A stretch of DNA of 64,000 nucleotides, taken from contig MCFH01000036.1 of NCBI GenBank assembly GCA_002104945.1, forward strand, positions 496,001 to 560,000, written 5' to 3'. Position numbers and translations under genes: made by a program. The stretch comes from Piromyces finnis finn. Taxonomy: Eukaryota; Fungi; Neocallimastigomycota. Within the stretch, counting starts at the first letter, position 1, and each line of letters opens with the position of its first letter. The notes under the pieces were generated by a model. It did not search any database. It saw only the letters and a program-made list of their open reading frames with translations, and was not told where the DNA came from. Shown here piece by piece: positions 30,662 to 44,242 of this stretch.

Positions 30662-31225
30662 ATGTTAAACATTAATAATTATCCATTTTATGATATTGAC
30701 CGTTCTATTCAAAATAACTCGGCTCTAGAAGATAATAATAATTATGAAGAAGATTTAAATAACTTATATAATCATCCTTTCTTCTATCCTAATACTCATT
30801 CACGTTACAATAACAAAAAATATAACAAAAAGAATAGAAATAATATTAATAACGGTCAAGCCTCAAATGATAAAGATGTATATAAATTAGTTGATTTTAG
30901 TCCAAATGTAAACCTTGGAGAAGATACAAACAATTACTATATTGAGTTTGACTTACCAGGAATGACTAAAAATCAAATTAATATCGAGTTGGATGATAAT
31001 GAAAAAGCTATTATTATTTCAGGAGTAAGACCAAAAATGAATACTAATGGAATGAAAATAACAACTATGGATTGTCAATATGGAAGATTCTCAAGAACGT
31101 TTAGTCTTCCAGAAATAGCTGATTTTAATAAAATTGAAGCTAAAATGGAAAATGGTGTATTACAAATTGTTATTCCTAAAAATGAAACATTGAGGAGTCA
31201 AAGTCGTACAATTGAAATACAATAA
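30662..31225 (+). CDS. HSP20: Divergent small heat-shock protein, copy g, 187 aa
   Basis: DKDVYKLVDF, YYIEFDLPGM, YGRFSRTFSLP, KIEAKMENGVLQIVIPK, C-terminal IEI; N-terminal arm shorter and diverged. Confidence 0.93.
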   Translation: MLNINNYPFYDIDRSIQNNSALEDNNNYEEDLNNLYNHPFFYPNTHSRYNNKKYNKKNRNNINNGQASNDKDVYKLVDFSPNVNLGEDTNNYYIEFDLPGMTKNQINIELDDNEKAIIISGVRPKMNTNGMKITTMDCQYGRFSRTFSLPEIADFNKIEAKMENGVLQIVIPKNETLRSQSRTIEIQ

Positions 31226-32981
31226 AATAAATAAATATATATATATATATTTTGTAAAAAAAATATTAAATACCATTATATTATTGATGTATAAAGATAT
31301 CATAATATAATAGCATTTACTATCTTTAATTAATATTAATGTTTTTTAATATTATTATTTACTATATACCAATTCTAATATACCATAAAAACTTTCTATA
31401 TTTATTTTTTTATTCTTTAAATTTTATATATCCATGTAAATAAAAAATTATCTGTTTTTTTTAAAAAATAATAATAATAATAAAAAGTAAATAAATTTCT
31501 CACTTTTTATATATTAATAGATTTAACTTGAAAAAAAAAAGTAATAAATAAAAAAGCAACTTAAAATGTTTATAATATTCAAAATCACCTATTTGTTTTT
31601 AAAATTTTAAAAGATTTAGTGTAATAGTCAAAAAAATTTTGAAAATTCCATTTGGATAAATAAAAAAAATAGTTTATATATAAAGCTTTCAAACATATAC
31701 ACAACAATGTTCATTCAAAATGGTAAAAAATATTAAATTTTACAAATGTATTTTTCTTATATATTTTTTAATATTGATATAAACACATTTAATAAACCAT
31801 TAACACACTCTATAATTATATATTTTACAATTTTTTTGGATTTTTTATTATTTTTTTTTTTTTTTGATATTTTATATTAAATAAATAATAATTAATAATA
31901 ATTACTATTATTAAAATTCTATAAATGTTTGACGTTCGATTATGAATAAAATTAAAATATGAAATGATTGTTATATTAAAAAATTAAATAATGAATTATA
32001 TTAAAAATGAGATTCAATATATGTTTTTAGTCAAAAATAATATTAAAATTAATTTTAAACTAAAGGCGCGAATTAATTATTCTTATATATGTTATATATT
32101 TTATAATATGAAAAGATATTATAAAAATAAATACAAATTATGATTTTAAAATTACTTTAAATTTTTTTATAAAAAAATAGTTTTGCTTTAATATTTTGTT
32201 TAATTTAAGTTTTATGTTTTATAATTTAATGTTTAGTTATTTTTAAAAAATAATTTTTACTATTTATTTTTAAAACAATTTATTATGCTCGACTAATTTC
32301 ATAAATGGAATATCACATTAGTAGATGATGATTATTTACTGATATATGATTATTAGTGTAGTTAATAAATTTCCTTAGCAATATGTAGTTGTTATGTTTA
32401 TTGCCTTTCATATATTTGAAGATTCTTAAAATCTTCCTTTATGATAAATCAGATATGTTTGTTAAATACTATTTGTATTTGCAATTTATTTATCAATGTT
32501 GTTCCGTAATGCTCAAATAGCAGGATAGAAATTATCTTTCATAATTTAATAATATTAAATTGAGATATATTTCTTATTTTATTTTATATTTAGTTTAAAA
32601 CTTCTATTTATATAAAATAATTTCAATGATTGAGGTTTTTTTTTATCCTGTAAAGAATATAGTTTAAGTACTCTCTGAAAAAATTTAAAATTTTGAATTA
32701 TTTTTTTTATAATATACATTAAAATCATATTTTGAGGAATATAAAAAGTGTAATTACTTTGACCTTAAAAGTTTATAATTCCATTCTAGTTTATACTTAA
32801 ATCTAAAAATGTAATTTTCTTTTGAAAAGAGAATTAAATAATTATAAATATCATTTTCACTTATATTAAATCACGGAGTTTGTTTATACTTCTTCATTAT
32901 ATAAAATGAATTATAAAAACATTATCATAGACTAAATCTTATTCACAATGTTATATTCTGTTAATTAATAGAGATTTTTTT

Positions 32982-34892
32982 TCAGTTCTTAGCTTGTCTT
33001 AATCTAGCTTCTAAGGCATCTAATTCAGATGAAAGTTTAGCAGGTAAACGATCACCAAATTGTGAATGATATTCACGAACCTTTTCAACTTCGCCTAAGT
33101 AAGCATCAATATCTACAGTTAAAATTTTTTGTAAATCTTCTTTTGGAATATCTAATCCAGTTAAGTCAAGAGATTCTACTGTTGGTAAATAACCAATAGG
33201 AGTTTCTACAGCAGAATTTTCTTTACCTTCAATTCGATCAATAATCCATTTTAATACACGAGAATTTTCACCATAACCAGGCCATAAGAATCTTCCATTA
33301 TCCTTACGGAACCAGTTTACATTGAAAATCTTTGGTAATGTATTTGGATCCTTGACCTTATCTACAAAGGATAACCAATATCCAAAGTAATCACCCATAT
33401 TATAACCACAGAATGGTAACATTGCAAATGGATCAAATCTAAGAGTACCTTGTTTACCTTCAGCAGCAGCTGTACGTTCAGAAGCTACTGAAGAACCCAA
33501 GAGTACACCGTGACACCAATCGCGAGATTGTAAAACTAATGGAACAGTACTTTCTCTTCTTCCTCCAAATATAAATGCGGAAACTGGAACAGCTTTACAT
33601 CCATTTCCATAATATTCCTTATCAGCAACAGGACAATTTTCTGCACAAGCAGTAAATCTAGAGTTAGGATGAGCTAATGGTAAAGCATCAGTTTGATTAG
33701 TCTTAGAATCAAATTCCTTTCCTAACCAATTGATAATTTTACCACTTGGATATTCCTTGCTCATTCCTTCCCACCAAATATCACCATCTTCAGTTAATGC
33801 AACATTTGTAAAGATAGTATCCTTAGAACAAGACAACATAGCATTAGGATTTGATTTCATTGATGTTCCTGGAGCAACTCCAAAGAAACCAGCTTCAGGA
33901 TTAATAGCATACAAACGACCATCTTCTTTATTAAGTTTTAACCAAGCAATATCATCACCTACACATTCTACCTTCCAACCAGGTAATGTTGGATTTAACA
34001 TAGCTAAATTAGTCTTACCACAAGCACTAGGGAAGGCAGCACAAACATAATACTTTTTATTTTCTGGACTTGTTAAGCCTAAAATTAACATATGTTCAGC
34101 TAAAGCATCACCTTCTTCATTACACATTTTAGTAGCAATACGTAAAGCAAAACATTTTTTACCAAGTAATGCATTACCACCATAACCAGAACCAAATGAC
34201 CAAATTTGATGAGTTTCTGGGAATTGAACAATATATTTAGTTTCATTACATGGCCAAGAAAGATCTTTTTCACCCTTCTCTAATGGATGACCAACACTGT
34301 GAACACATGGAATAAATTCTTGATCATCCTTTAATGATTCTAATACAGTCTTACCCATCTTAGTCATGATACGCATATTAACTACGACATAACCAGAATC
34401 AGTTAATTCAATACCAATACGAGAAAGATCACCACCTACTGGACCCATAGAAAATGGAATAACATAAAGAGTTCTACCCTTCATACATCCATTGAATTTT
34501 TCATTAAGAATTGCTTTCATCTTACTTGGTTCCATCCAATTATTGGTTGGACCAGCATCCTTTTCATTTTCAGAACAAATATAGGTACATTTTTCAACTC
34601 TAGCAACATCTGATGGATCAGATCTAGCTAAGTAACAGTTTGGTCTCTTTTTATCATTCAATTTAGTAAAGACACCTGACTTTACTAAGCTATCAAGAAT
34701 TTCTTGATTTTCTTCAAGAGAACCATCACAAATCCATACATTTTCTGGCTTTAAAAGTTCAACTTTTTCGGCAACCCAGTTCTTAAGCTTATCATTCTTT
34801 TCAATTAAATGGTAGTTACGGTAGCTTAAGTTTCCAATGGTAGTGAAAGTAGCAGAGGTAGAGTTAACAGAGGTAGCAGTAGCAGAACACAT
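32982..34892 (-). CDS. PCK: Phosphoenolpyruvate carboxykinase, GTP-dependent, 636 aa, intronless
   Basis: GTP-PEPCK motifs [30 protein letters not shown] (P-loop), [49 protein letters not shown]. Confidence 0.97.
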   Translation of the reverse strand: MCSATATSVNSTSATFTTIGNLSYRNYHLIEKNDKLKNWVAEKVELLKPENVWICDGSLEENQEILDSLVKSGVFTKLNDKKRPNCYLARSDPSDVARVEKCTYICSENEKDAGPTNNWMEPSKMKAILNEKFNGCMKGRTLYVIPFSMGPVGGDLSRIGIELTDSGYVVVNMRIMTKMGKTVLESLKDDQEFIPCVHSVGHPLEKGEKDLSWPCNETKYIVQFPETHQIWSFGSGYGGNALLGKKCFALRIATKMCNEEGDALAEHMLILGLTSPENKKYYVCAAFPSACGKTNLAMLNPTLPGWKVECVGDDIAWLKLNKEDGRLYAINPEAGFFGVAPGTSMKSNPNAMLSCSKDTIFTNVALTEDGDIWWEGMSKEYPSGKIINWLGKEFDSKTNQTDALPLAHPNSRFTACAENCPVADKEYYGNGCKAVPVSAFIFGGRRESTVPLVLQSRDWCHGVLLGSSVASERTAAAEGKQGTLRFDPFAMLPFCGYNMGDYFGYWLSFVDKVKDPNTLPKIFNVNWFRKDNGRFLWPGYGENSRVLKWIIDRIEGKENSAVETPIGYLPTVESLDLTGLDIPKEDLQKILTVDIDAYLGEVEKVREYHSQFGDRLPAKLSSELDALEARLRQAKN

Positions 34893-37800
34893 TTTTGATT
34901 TGATTGAAAATTAAATTTAAAAAATAAGTTGTTTTAAAGTTTAATATAAAAGATTGTACAGTTGTAAATGTAAATAGTAAAAGTAAATATTAAAACAAAG
35001 AGTTTTAAATATTAATAATTTAAAAAAGTTTTTTAATTGTAGTATAAAACTAATCACGAAAAACGAATTGGGATTAAAAGAATATCTTTCTTTTAATTTA
35101 GAGCTTTTTTTGTTTGAATTTTATTGTTTAAAAATAAAATGTAAATTGGCAAAGAATAAAAGTAAAGCGAAATTTTACTTCTATTTATATTTTTTTCACT
35201 ACAATCTCAATATATTATTATTACTATTATTACTATTATTATTATTATTTATTTATTATTTTTAAGCAAGTATGAATTAAATAATTAATTCATATATATT
35301 TAAATTATATTGGAATTTTGGTATATATTAATATTAATATTCTATTTTATATTTAATCACTACTCTAAAAACTTAAAATAAAAAGGAATATTTATTAATA
35401 TTTTGTATTAAATAAAATTAATTCATATATTTAATTAAAATATTATATATATTAATATACTATATATATATTAATAATATATATTAATAATATAGAAAAT
35501 TGTAATTTCTTTGTTTATACTTTAAGAGTCAAAATATAAATTAATATATATAAAAATATATATAAGATCATATTTTATATATAAATAATAAAGAAACTGT
35601 GCATTTATATTATTTAATATATAATTATTATAGTCAAATTACATTCCATACATATATCAGTTATATACGTATAATATATTTATTGTATATTATAAAAAGT
35701 TAACTTTATTTGAAGCACAGTAAAATCTTAATAGCGAAAAATATAAAATGGCATTATTTATAGTAGCATAGTTGAATTTACTATATAATATTTTAATATG
35801 TTCTTAATATTTTTAATATAAAAGTGCTTTAAATAACAATAATAATAACTATAAATGATATGTAGGATCAAAGAATTACATGTAATAATTTGATTGCTTA
35901 CTGCAAAAATAGGTTATTTCTTTTTTGTTATTAACTAACATTTAATTTTAAATGCTAAAAAAAAATAAATAAAATTATTTTAATATGAAATAAAAAAAAA
36001 AACTATATAATATATAATATAATATTTATTAATAAACTTTTTATTATTGTTTTAAAAAGATTGTTTATTCATTATGTTTTTTTTCGATGTTTAGAACTTT
36101 ATTCTAATAAAAACTGTAAATCCTAGTAAAATGAAGAGCATTATTTGTTTATATTATTTTACAAATATAATTAATAAAAATATTTAAATTGAAAGTATAT
36201 GAAAAAGAGTATATAAAATAAATATAATAAATATGAAAATTTATGATAATTTTAATTTTAATATTTTAATAGAATAAATTTTTTTTCCATCTTTAATAAA
36301 TGCAATATACTAATTCATTTTGATAATAGAATACATTTATAATATATGATATTATGATATTAATACTATATTTTAATTGTTAATATAATCATCAAAGATA
36401 ATTTAAATGAGTATTTTTTTGCATTAACAGTTGAAAATAAAATAAAAATTAATCATGAGTTCTAAAAAAAAATTCTATTTTAATATAACTTCATTAAACT
36501 ATAAAAGTTAAAAATTCAATCACTATAATCAATAATATACTTTAATGTTAATATAATAGGATTAAATTATAATTATTATATTTTCAAATATGAAAGTACA
36601 TAATTTATTAATCAATATATTATAATAACATTCATACTATATTTCATTTCGTATTTATTTTAATAATTTTTATATATTACTTTGTTTATTTATTATTATT
36701 ATAAACTGTGTAAACATTGTAATACATCCTTTAAAAATAAATTAATTTTCTTTTAATAATATATATTTGTAAATTTATATTAATTATTAATCCTTTTCCA
36801 ATAATTTATTAAATTTCTTTTAAAAGATATATTATATAAAACTTTAGTTTAAAAATTCATTATTTTAGTCACTTTTTCTTTTACACACTGTAATACTTGT
36901 AATATTGTTTATAAAGGTATTATACGTTTCACAAAAAAAGTAATCGAAAATATTTAAATTAAAAGCATTATAATTAAATTTGCAAAGCACGAACAGTGCT
37001 AGATCAATAATTCAGCCAATCAAAAATTAAAATCTTTAATAATAGAATATTAATAATATTATACTATTATTATTTACTATTAAAATTTAATAAATTTTAA
37101 AATTTATATAAAATATATAAAATATTACAATCAAAAAAGGAAATTTTTTATTATAACTTAATTAGCACTAAGCACAATAATAATGACTTTAATAAAACTA
37201 ACATTATATATTATTACTTAAATAGCAATTAAATATTAAATACATTATTACTTAAATAATGTAAATAATATTTTTATTGTGTATATTTATTTTTAACACA
37301 TTAAAATTAGTTATAGCATAAATGTAATTGTTTTTACCTCTTCATACCTTTTATATACTAAAATATATAATGAAATAATTTTATAAAAACATTAAATATA
37401 GTATATCGTTTTTATATAAAATAAAAGTAGTAATGAATCTGAAAGAAAAAAAAAAGAAAAATAAAAGATTTTATTATATATTTTCATTAAATTATTTATA
37501 TACACATGTTTAAGTATAAATATATAATATTTTGATAAATAATAAATTATAATATTATATAAAAGTGTTCTTATTGATGTTATTACATTTTAAACCTATA
37601 ATTCTATAATCATATAAAATATATTTTTTAGGTTTTATTAAATATAAAAATCAAATAATTTAAAAATATACTCTATAATATTATTTATGGAAATTATAAT
37701 ATATTTATATATATATATAAAAGAAAGAAAACTATGAGAAATTATTATAAAGTCGATATATAAAATCACTTAATCTTTATTTTATTTTATTATATTTATA

Positions 37801-38728
37801 TAAAACCCATTCACATGGATAAAAAAATGAATATTATATAATATTTTTTTATTATCAATATTATATTTGATAAAATGACTTTAAAATAAATATAAATTAA
37901 TGAAATATCTTTTGATTTATGGATTAGATTAAAAAATAAATAGAAAATGTGAAAATAAAATGCATTCCAAAAATAATATTTATGTTTACTTTATGTATTT
38001 GTATTTTATAAAATTATAAATTAATATTGTACCACATTTCTTTATTCTTTGGTTATTTTAAAAGGATTTAAAAAATTTACAATATTTATATTATAAAAAA
38101 TAAATATAAATAAAACCCATTATAAATAAATTTAAAGTGTAAATTTATTTCTTACAGAAAAAATCATTATTTCTAACCCTAAGTGTAATTATCTAAAATA
38201 TTGTAATAAAAATATATACTTATTTTACTAGATAATTATTAAAATATTATACTATAAATCATATATATTTATTTTTATTGTTACTATTGATAAAACTAAA
38301 TTATCATAATATTTTATACTTTTATAATTAGAAATTTAAACTAAATAATTTCAATATTTATTATGAATATCGTTAAATATGAGATTTTCAAGTTGGTCAG
38401 TGTTGAAAACTTTTATTAATACCTACTTTAATAAAATTAATAAAATAAAACAAAAAATATTTTTTTATATATTTGTTGAAATTACTACAGAAGTTTTTTT
38501 ATACATATATATATATATATATAATTTTATAAAGTTTATATCATTTTATTTTATTTTTATTTTTTAGTATTTGATATAGCTATTCTTTCTTCTTAAATTA
38601 TTAAGTATTTGTAATATCAATAACAACCATAAATTTATTCATTATGTTTTTTAATCTAACAATCAAATTGATGAATTACTAATTAAATGTAAAAAAACTT
38701 TTTTTTTTTATTTTTATTTTTATTTTTG

Positions 38729-38965
38729 TTTTATTTTATTTTATTTTATTTTATTTTATTTTATTTTATTTTATTTTATTTTATTTTATTTTATTTTATT
38801 TTATTTTATTTTATTTTATTTTATTTTATTTTATTTTATTTTATTTTATTTTATTTTATTTTATTTTATTTTATTTTATTTTATTTTATTTTATTTTATT
38901 TTATTTTATTTTATTTTATTTTATTTTATTTTATTTTATTTTATTTTATTTTATTTTATTTTTTA
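38729..38965. repeat. (TTTTA)n pentanucleotide microsatellite, ~46 units
   Basis: Read directly; produces the spurious FILFY ORF. Confidence 0.95.
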
Positions 38966-39226
38966 TTTTATTATTGAGCTTATTTAATTTATATATATTT
39001 ATATATTTTTTATAGAAATATATATAAAAATTTTTTAATTTTATTTTATTTTTTCTTTCAAGTAATAAATAAAACGATAGAATATTACATTTATATTTAC
39101 AAAATTTATAAAATTTTAATATTTATATAATTATTTAATTATTTAATATTTAAAAGTAAGATTTTAAAAAATATATACAATTCAAAACTCAATAAAATAA
39201 TTATAGTTTATTATCCACATATTAAT

Positions 39227-39871
39227 TTATTGTACTAGAATTGTACGACGTTGAGTTTTTGGTATTGAAATTTTAGGAATAATAACTTCTAATACTCCAT
39301 TTTCCATTTTGGCTTCAATCTTTTCAATATCTCCTGTTTCAGGAATACTAAAGGATCTTGAAAATTTACCATATTCACATTCCATTTTTGAATATTTCAT
39401 TCCTTCAACATTATTTTTCTTTGCTCTTTCTCCTGAAATACTAATAATATTATCTTCTGATAATTCCATATGAATTTGTTCTTTACTCATTCCTGGTAAA
39501 TCAATTTGAATATAGTAATTCTTTTCATCTTCACATAAGTTATTCTTTGGACGGAAATCAACTAATTTATAAACATCTTTATCAAATGGATGATAGGATG
39601 ATTGTCCTTTAACACTAGATTTTGTATTTGATTTACCGGCGGTAGCTTTTGTATTTGGTTTAGCAGTGGTGGTGGCATTAGAATGAAGATGAGTAGGATA
39701 AGCATAAGGAGGATAACCAAAGAAGAAACCAGGGAAAGCAGCGGAAGTGAAAGGATGAGAATAGTCTTCACCGTCATCAGATAAATCACACTTGTTATCA
39801 TCCAAGATAGAATTATTTAAGATAGAACGGTCACTTTCACGAATTGGATCATTTAAAAAGAATAAAGACAT
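39227..39871 (-). CDS. HSP20: Small heat-shock protein, copy e, 214 aa
   Basis: Near-identical coding sequence; both flanks shared only with copy f. Confidence 0.95.
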   Translation of the reverse strand: MSLFFLNDPIRESDRSILNNSILDDNKCDLSDDGEDYSHPFTSAAFPGFFFGYPPYAYPTHLHSNATTTAKPNTKATAGKSNTKSSVKGQSSYHPFDKDVYKLVDFRPKNNLCEDEKNYYIQIDLPGMSKEQIHMELSEDNIISISGERAKKNNVEGMKYSKMECEYGKFSRSFSIPETGDIEKIEAKMENGVLEVIIPKISIPKTQRRTILVQ

Positions 39872-41376
39872 TTTTGATATTTTGATATTTTGATATTTTT
39901 AAAATTTTTAAAAATTTTTATAATTAATAAAACTTAATATTATTTTATATTATTTTATAACTTTATTTTTTATTTTTTATTATTATTATTATTATAATAT
40001 TTATAATAAATATCTATTATAATTAATTAAATCAATTGATGATTTTTTTAAAACTTTAGAGAATTTTAATTATTTTTATATTGGATTTATGATTAATATG
40101 AATAATAAGTATTAATAAAAAGCATTTTATTAATAAAGAAAAATACAGAAATAAAACATATAGTATAATGTAGAAATAATGTAGAACATTGTAGAAAAAT
40201 ATATTACATTTACATTATGGAATTTTTTTTAGTTTTATGGAAAAGTTTTTTTATAGACCTTATAATTACATGATATATCAATTTTTAAATGTATAATATA
40301 AATTTAAAATAAAATCAAATAAAAAGAGATAATTAATTAAAAAAAAATTAGCAGTAGATGATATATCTGTTAAAAGGTAAAATTAATATGAAACTAATAA
40401 AATATATTTATCAAATCTAATGAAAAGATTTACAAAAATACTAAAGCGAAGACTAAAATGTTATGTTAAAAAGCCATTTAATTTTTTTAAATTTCATAAC
40501 TAAAATAGTTCTTTATAATATTAAATTACATAGTGAAATGTAAAGTTTTCTAATTCTATATTAAATTTTTAGTCATCATTAATACGTTTTTAAACAATAA
40601 TTTGTATTATGTTATTGATTATCAAATTACAATTTCCATTAATAACTCTGCTTAAAAGAATAATGCATATTCATTTAAATAGAACTATTTTTAGTATAAG
40701 TTAAGAATAAAATAATTGAAGACTTGTATTTTTTATTGTACTATTAATAAATTTTCTTGAAACGAACTATTATGAATATATTATCTTATTGTTTTTATCA
40801 TATTTCTTTTTTTATTTATTAAATATGTATATAATATAATAAGTTGATGCATCTTATTAAATAAACCTGTATCATGTTAAAAAGAAATCTATTTATTTCT
40901 GTCTTATTATTTTTCAATCTTTCTATATTTTCTTTAAGAAAAAAAAATATATAAAGTTCTATTAATACATATTTAGTAAATACATTACATTATTACATTA
41001 ATGTAAAATTAAACGTTTCCTTTAATTTCTTCATTTTAGAAAAATCAAGAATAAAGAAATTTGTAGAAGGAGTTGTAAGAATTTTATTTTACATTAATTT
41101 AAAAAATAATTAAATTGTTATTATTTTTATTTATGAAATATATTTTGTTTTTTAATCATAAATCCAATATAAAAATAATTAAAATTCTCTAAAGTTTTAA
41201 AAAAATCATCAATTGATTTAATTAATTATAATAGATATTTATTATAAATATTATAATAATAATAATAATAAAAAATAAAAAATAAAGTTATAAAATAATA
41301 TAAAATAATATTAAGTTTTATTAATTATAAAAATTTTTAAAAATTTTAAAAATATCAAAATATCAAAATATCAAAA

Positions 41377-42021
41377 ATGTCTTTATTCTTTTTAAATGAT
41401 CCAATTCGTGAAAGTGACCGTTCTATCTTAAATAATTCTATCTTGGATGATAACAAGTGTGATTTATCTGATGACGGTAATAATTATTCTCATCCTTTCA
41501 CTTCCGCTGCTTTCCCTGGTTTCTTCTTTGGTTATCCTCCTTATGCTTATCCTACTCAACTTCATTCTAATGCCACCACCATTGCTAAACCAAATACAAA
41601 AGCTACCGCCGGTAAATCAAATACAAAATCTAGTGTTAAAGGACAATCATCCTATCATCCATTTGATAAAGATGTTTATAAATTAGTTGATTTCCGTCCA
41701 AAGAATAACTTATGTGAAGATGAAAAGAATTACTATATTCAAATTGATTTACCAGGAATGAGTAAAGAACAAATTCATATGGAATTATCAGAAGATAATA
41801 TTATTAGTATTTCAGGAGAAAGAGCAAAGAAAAATAATGTTGAAGGAATGAAATATTCAAAAATGGAATGTGAATATGGTAAATTTTCAAGATCCTTTAG
41901 TATTCCTGAAACAGGAGATATTGAAAAGATTGAAGCCAAAATGGAAAATGGAGTATTAGAAGTTATTATTCCTAAAATTTCAATACCAAAAACTCAACGT
42001 CGTACAATTCTAGTACAATAA
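41377..42021 (+). CDS. HSP20: Small heat-shock protein, copy f, 214 aa
   Basis: Near-identical coding sequence; inverted partner of copy e. Confidence 0.95.
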   Translation: MSLFFLNDPIRESDRSILNNSILDDNKCDLSDDGNNYSHPFTSAAFPGFFFGYPPYAYPTQLHSNATTIAKPNTKATAGKSNTKSSVKGQSSYHPFDKDVYKLVDFRPKNNLCEDEKNYYIQIDLPGMSKEQIHMELSEDNIISISGERAKKNNVEGMKYSKMECEYGKFSRSFSIPETGDIEKIEAKMENGVLEVIIPKISIPKTQRRTILVQ

Positions 42022-42383
42022 ATTAATATGTGGATAATAAACTATAATTATTTTATTGAGTTTTGAATTGTATATATTTTTTAAAATCTTACTTTTAAAT
42101 ATTAAATAATTAAATAATTATATAAATATTAAAATTTTATAAATTTTGTAAATATAAATGTAATATTCTATCGTTTTATTTATTACTTGAAAGAAAAAAT
42201 AAAATAAAATTAAAAAATTTTTATATATATTTCTATAAAAAATATATAAATATATATAAATTAAATAAGCTTAATAATAAAATAAAAAAATAAAATAAAA
42301 TAAAATAAAATAAAATAAAATAAATAGCTATAAAAGAATAATTTGGAGTTTAAAATTTATTAGTGTCATTTAAAAAATTTGAT

Positions 42384-42455
42384 TGGAGTTGGCGGGAATC
42401 GAACCCGCGGCTTTTCGCATGCGAAGCGAACACTCTACCACTGAGTTACAACCCC
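42384..42455 (-). tRNA. tRNA-Ala(CGC): tRNA-Ala, anticodon CGC, intronless
   Basis: Reverse complement GGGGTTGTAACTCAGTGGTAGAGTGTTCGCTTCGCATGCGAAAAGCCGCGGGTTCGATTCCCGCCAACTCCA (72 nt): G3:U70 Ala identity pair, anticodon loop TT-CGC-AT, downstream T6 terminator. Confidence 0.95.
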
Positions 42456-43123
42456 AAAACAATTTTTGAATTTTAATAATAATAATAAATATATTGAAAG
42501 TTTAATACTCGTGGAAAATTTGTCATGAATATTAGTGGATTCATGATTATTTATTTAATTAGTGTTTTATTCGTTTAATTAATTAGAAATATTTTATTAT
42601 AAAACATAATTAAATAATATTTTAAGAAATATTAATTAATTATAATTATTAAGATTTTATATTTATTAAAGTTTGAATTAATATTTCTTTGTTCATTTGA
42701 TTAAGAAGGAAATTAAAACTAAATTATAAAATAATCATTCCTTCTACAAATGATTGATAATATGACTTTTATAATTATTAAATTTAACACGAGTGAAAAG
42801 TCATATATAATTAATATATAATTAATTTATAGAATAGTTAATATAAATAATTAGTCATGTATTAAATTTAAAATGTATTCCTTAATATTAGAGATAGGAT
42901 AAATACTCGAGAAAATTCCTATCATTAGGAATTTCGAGAGTTCATTACATTTAATATTTACTCTAATTATAATAATAACTAATAAATAAAGATTTTTCTT
43001 TAAATAAAAATTTATTAATAAATAAAGTTAATAAAATATTATTTATTTAAAAATTTACTAATTCATTTATTTAATTAATTAATAAACTTAGGGTAAATAT
43101 GTACGTTCCGACCTAACTGAAGT

Positions 43124-44242
43124 GAAATCCTTAACAAAATTTGTGAAGATATTAACTGGATTTAAAACAAATTCAGATAATATCTATAATTAGTTAAACA
43201 TAAAAATTATAATTAAATAATAATTTCAATTATTATTTTAAAATATCTTTAACTTTTGATATTTGATTTAGTGAAAGGGTTATGACTTCAAAAATTTTAT
43301 GTCAATACACTATAACCCTTAACAGAAAATAAATAAACAAGGCTCAACTTGCTAAAATGAAACCAAGCATATTAGATAGTTTAAGGGAAAGCTGCATTTT
43401 GGTACAATCGCGATCCTTCTAGTTGGATATTTGAGGAATATATGATTATTTAAATATTTTAATAGGTAAATTAAAATCAGTATGATATCAAATATTTCTT
43501 ATACCTTTATAAAAATTAAAAATATATCGATAAGAATTCTAGTTATATTAAATTAATAAAAATGATTGTTACTAAAAATAGAACTAATTTAGGTGTAGCA
43601 GTTATCATACATAAATGAAATAATTTTAGTTGCAAGTTTCAATATTAAAAAATAATTTTTAAAATAATAATTATTTAGTTATAGCAAACATATTATTATC
43701 AATTAATAATGATGAATTATTAATTGAATAGTTTTTATAATTATTAATTATAATCAAATGATTAATTATATGGTTATGTTATTTTATTTTAAACAGTTTT
43801 AATAATTTATTGTATTATATATATTATTTATTAATTACATGTAATACTTTATTCTTGTCAATTTAACAATTTTAGCAAAAGATATAAAATAGAATGAATT
43901 GAATTCGATTTTAATTCTTTGTAAAAATAATTATAATCTTAATTATATAGTTATTATATATATATATATTATTAAATAATTAAAATTTATAATAAAGTTA
44001 TTTTAAAAACAAATATTAAATTTACTCATTTGAATGTTATATTATAATTAAATTTAATTTTTTAAAAAACATTTTTACTATATAACCAAACCCTAAAACT
44101 TAACAAAATTTGTTAGAGTACTATAACTGGATTCAAAACAACTTCCAGATAATATTATTACTAATTCAATACATAAATTACATTAAATAATTAAAATAGT
44201 TATTTAAGTATGTTAATTTTAATACTCAAATTTAAAGGGTTA
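43124..44242. mobile_element. Possible degenerate MITE-like repeats: ~155-bp copies at ~43124-43282 and ~44088-44242, plus a ~75-bp CCCTTAAC...TTTAAGGG unit at 43313-43387
   Basis: Both long copies share TTAACAAAATTTGT..TAACTGGATT(T/C)AAAACAA.TTC(C)AGATAATAT and end in AAAGGGTTA; ends resemble CCCT/AGGG TIRs. Confidence 0.35.

Larger units (their letters stand above)
38940..42325. repeat. Head-to-head inverted duplication with ~1.1-kb arms (~38940-40063 / ~41155-42325) carrying HSP20 e and f
   Basis: Upstream ~190 bp, CDS and downstream ~290 bp are reverse complements; spacer is unique (~1.1 kb). Confidence 0.9.
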
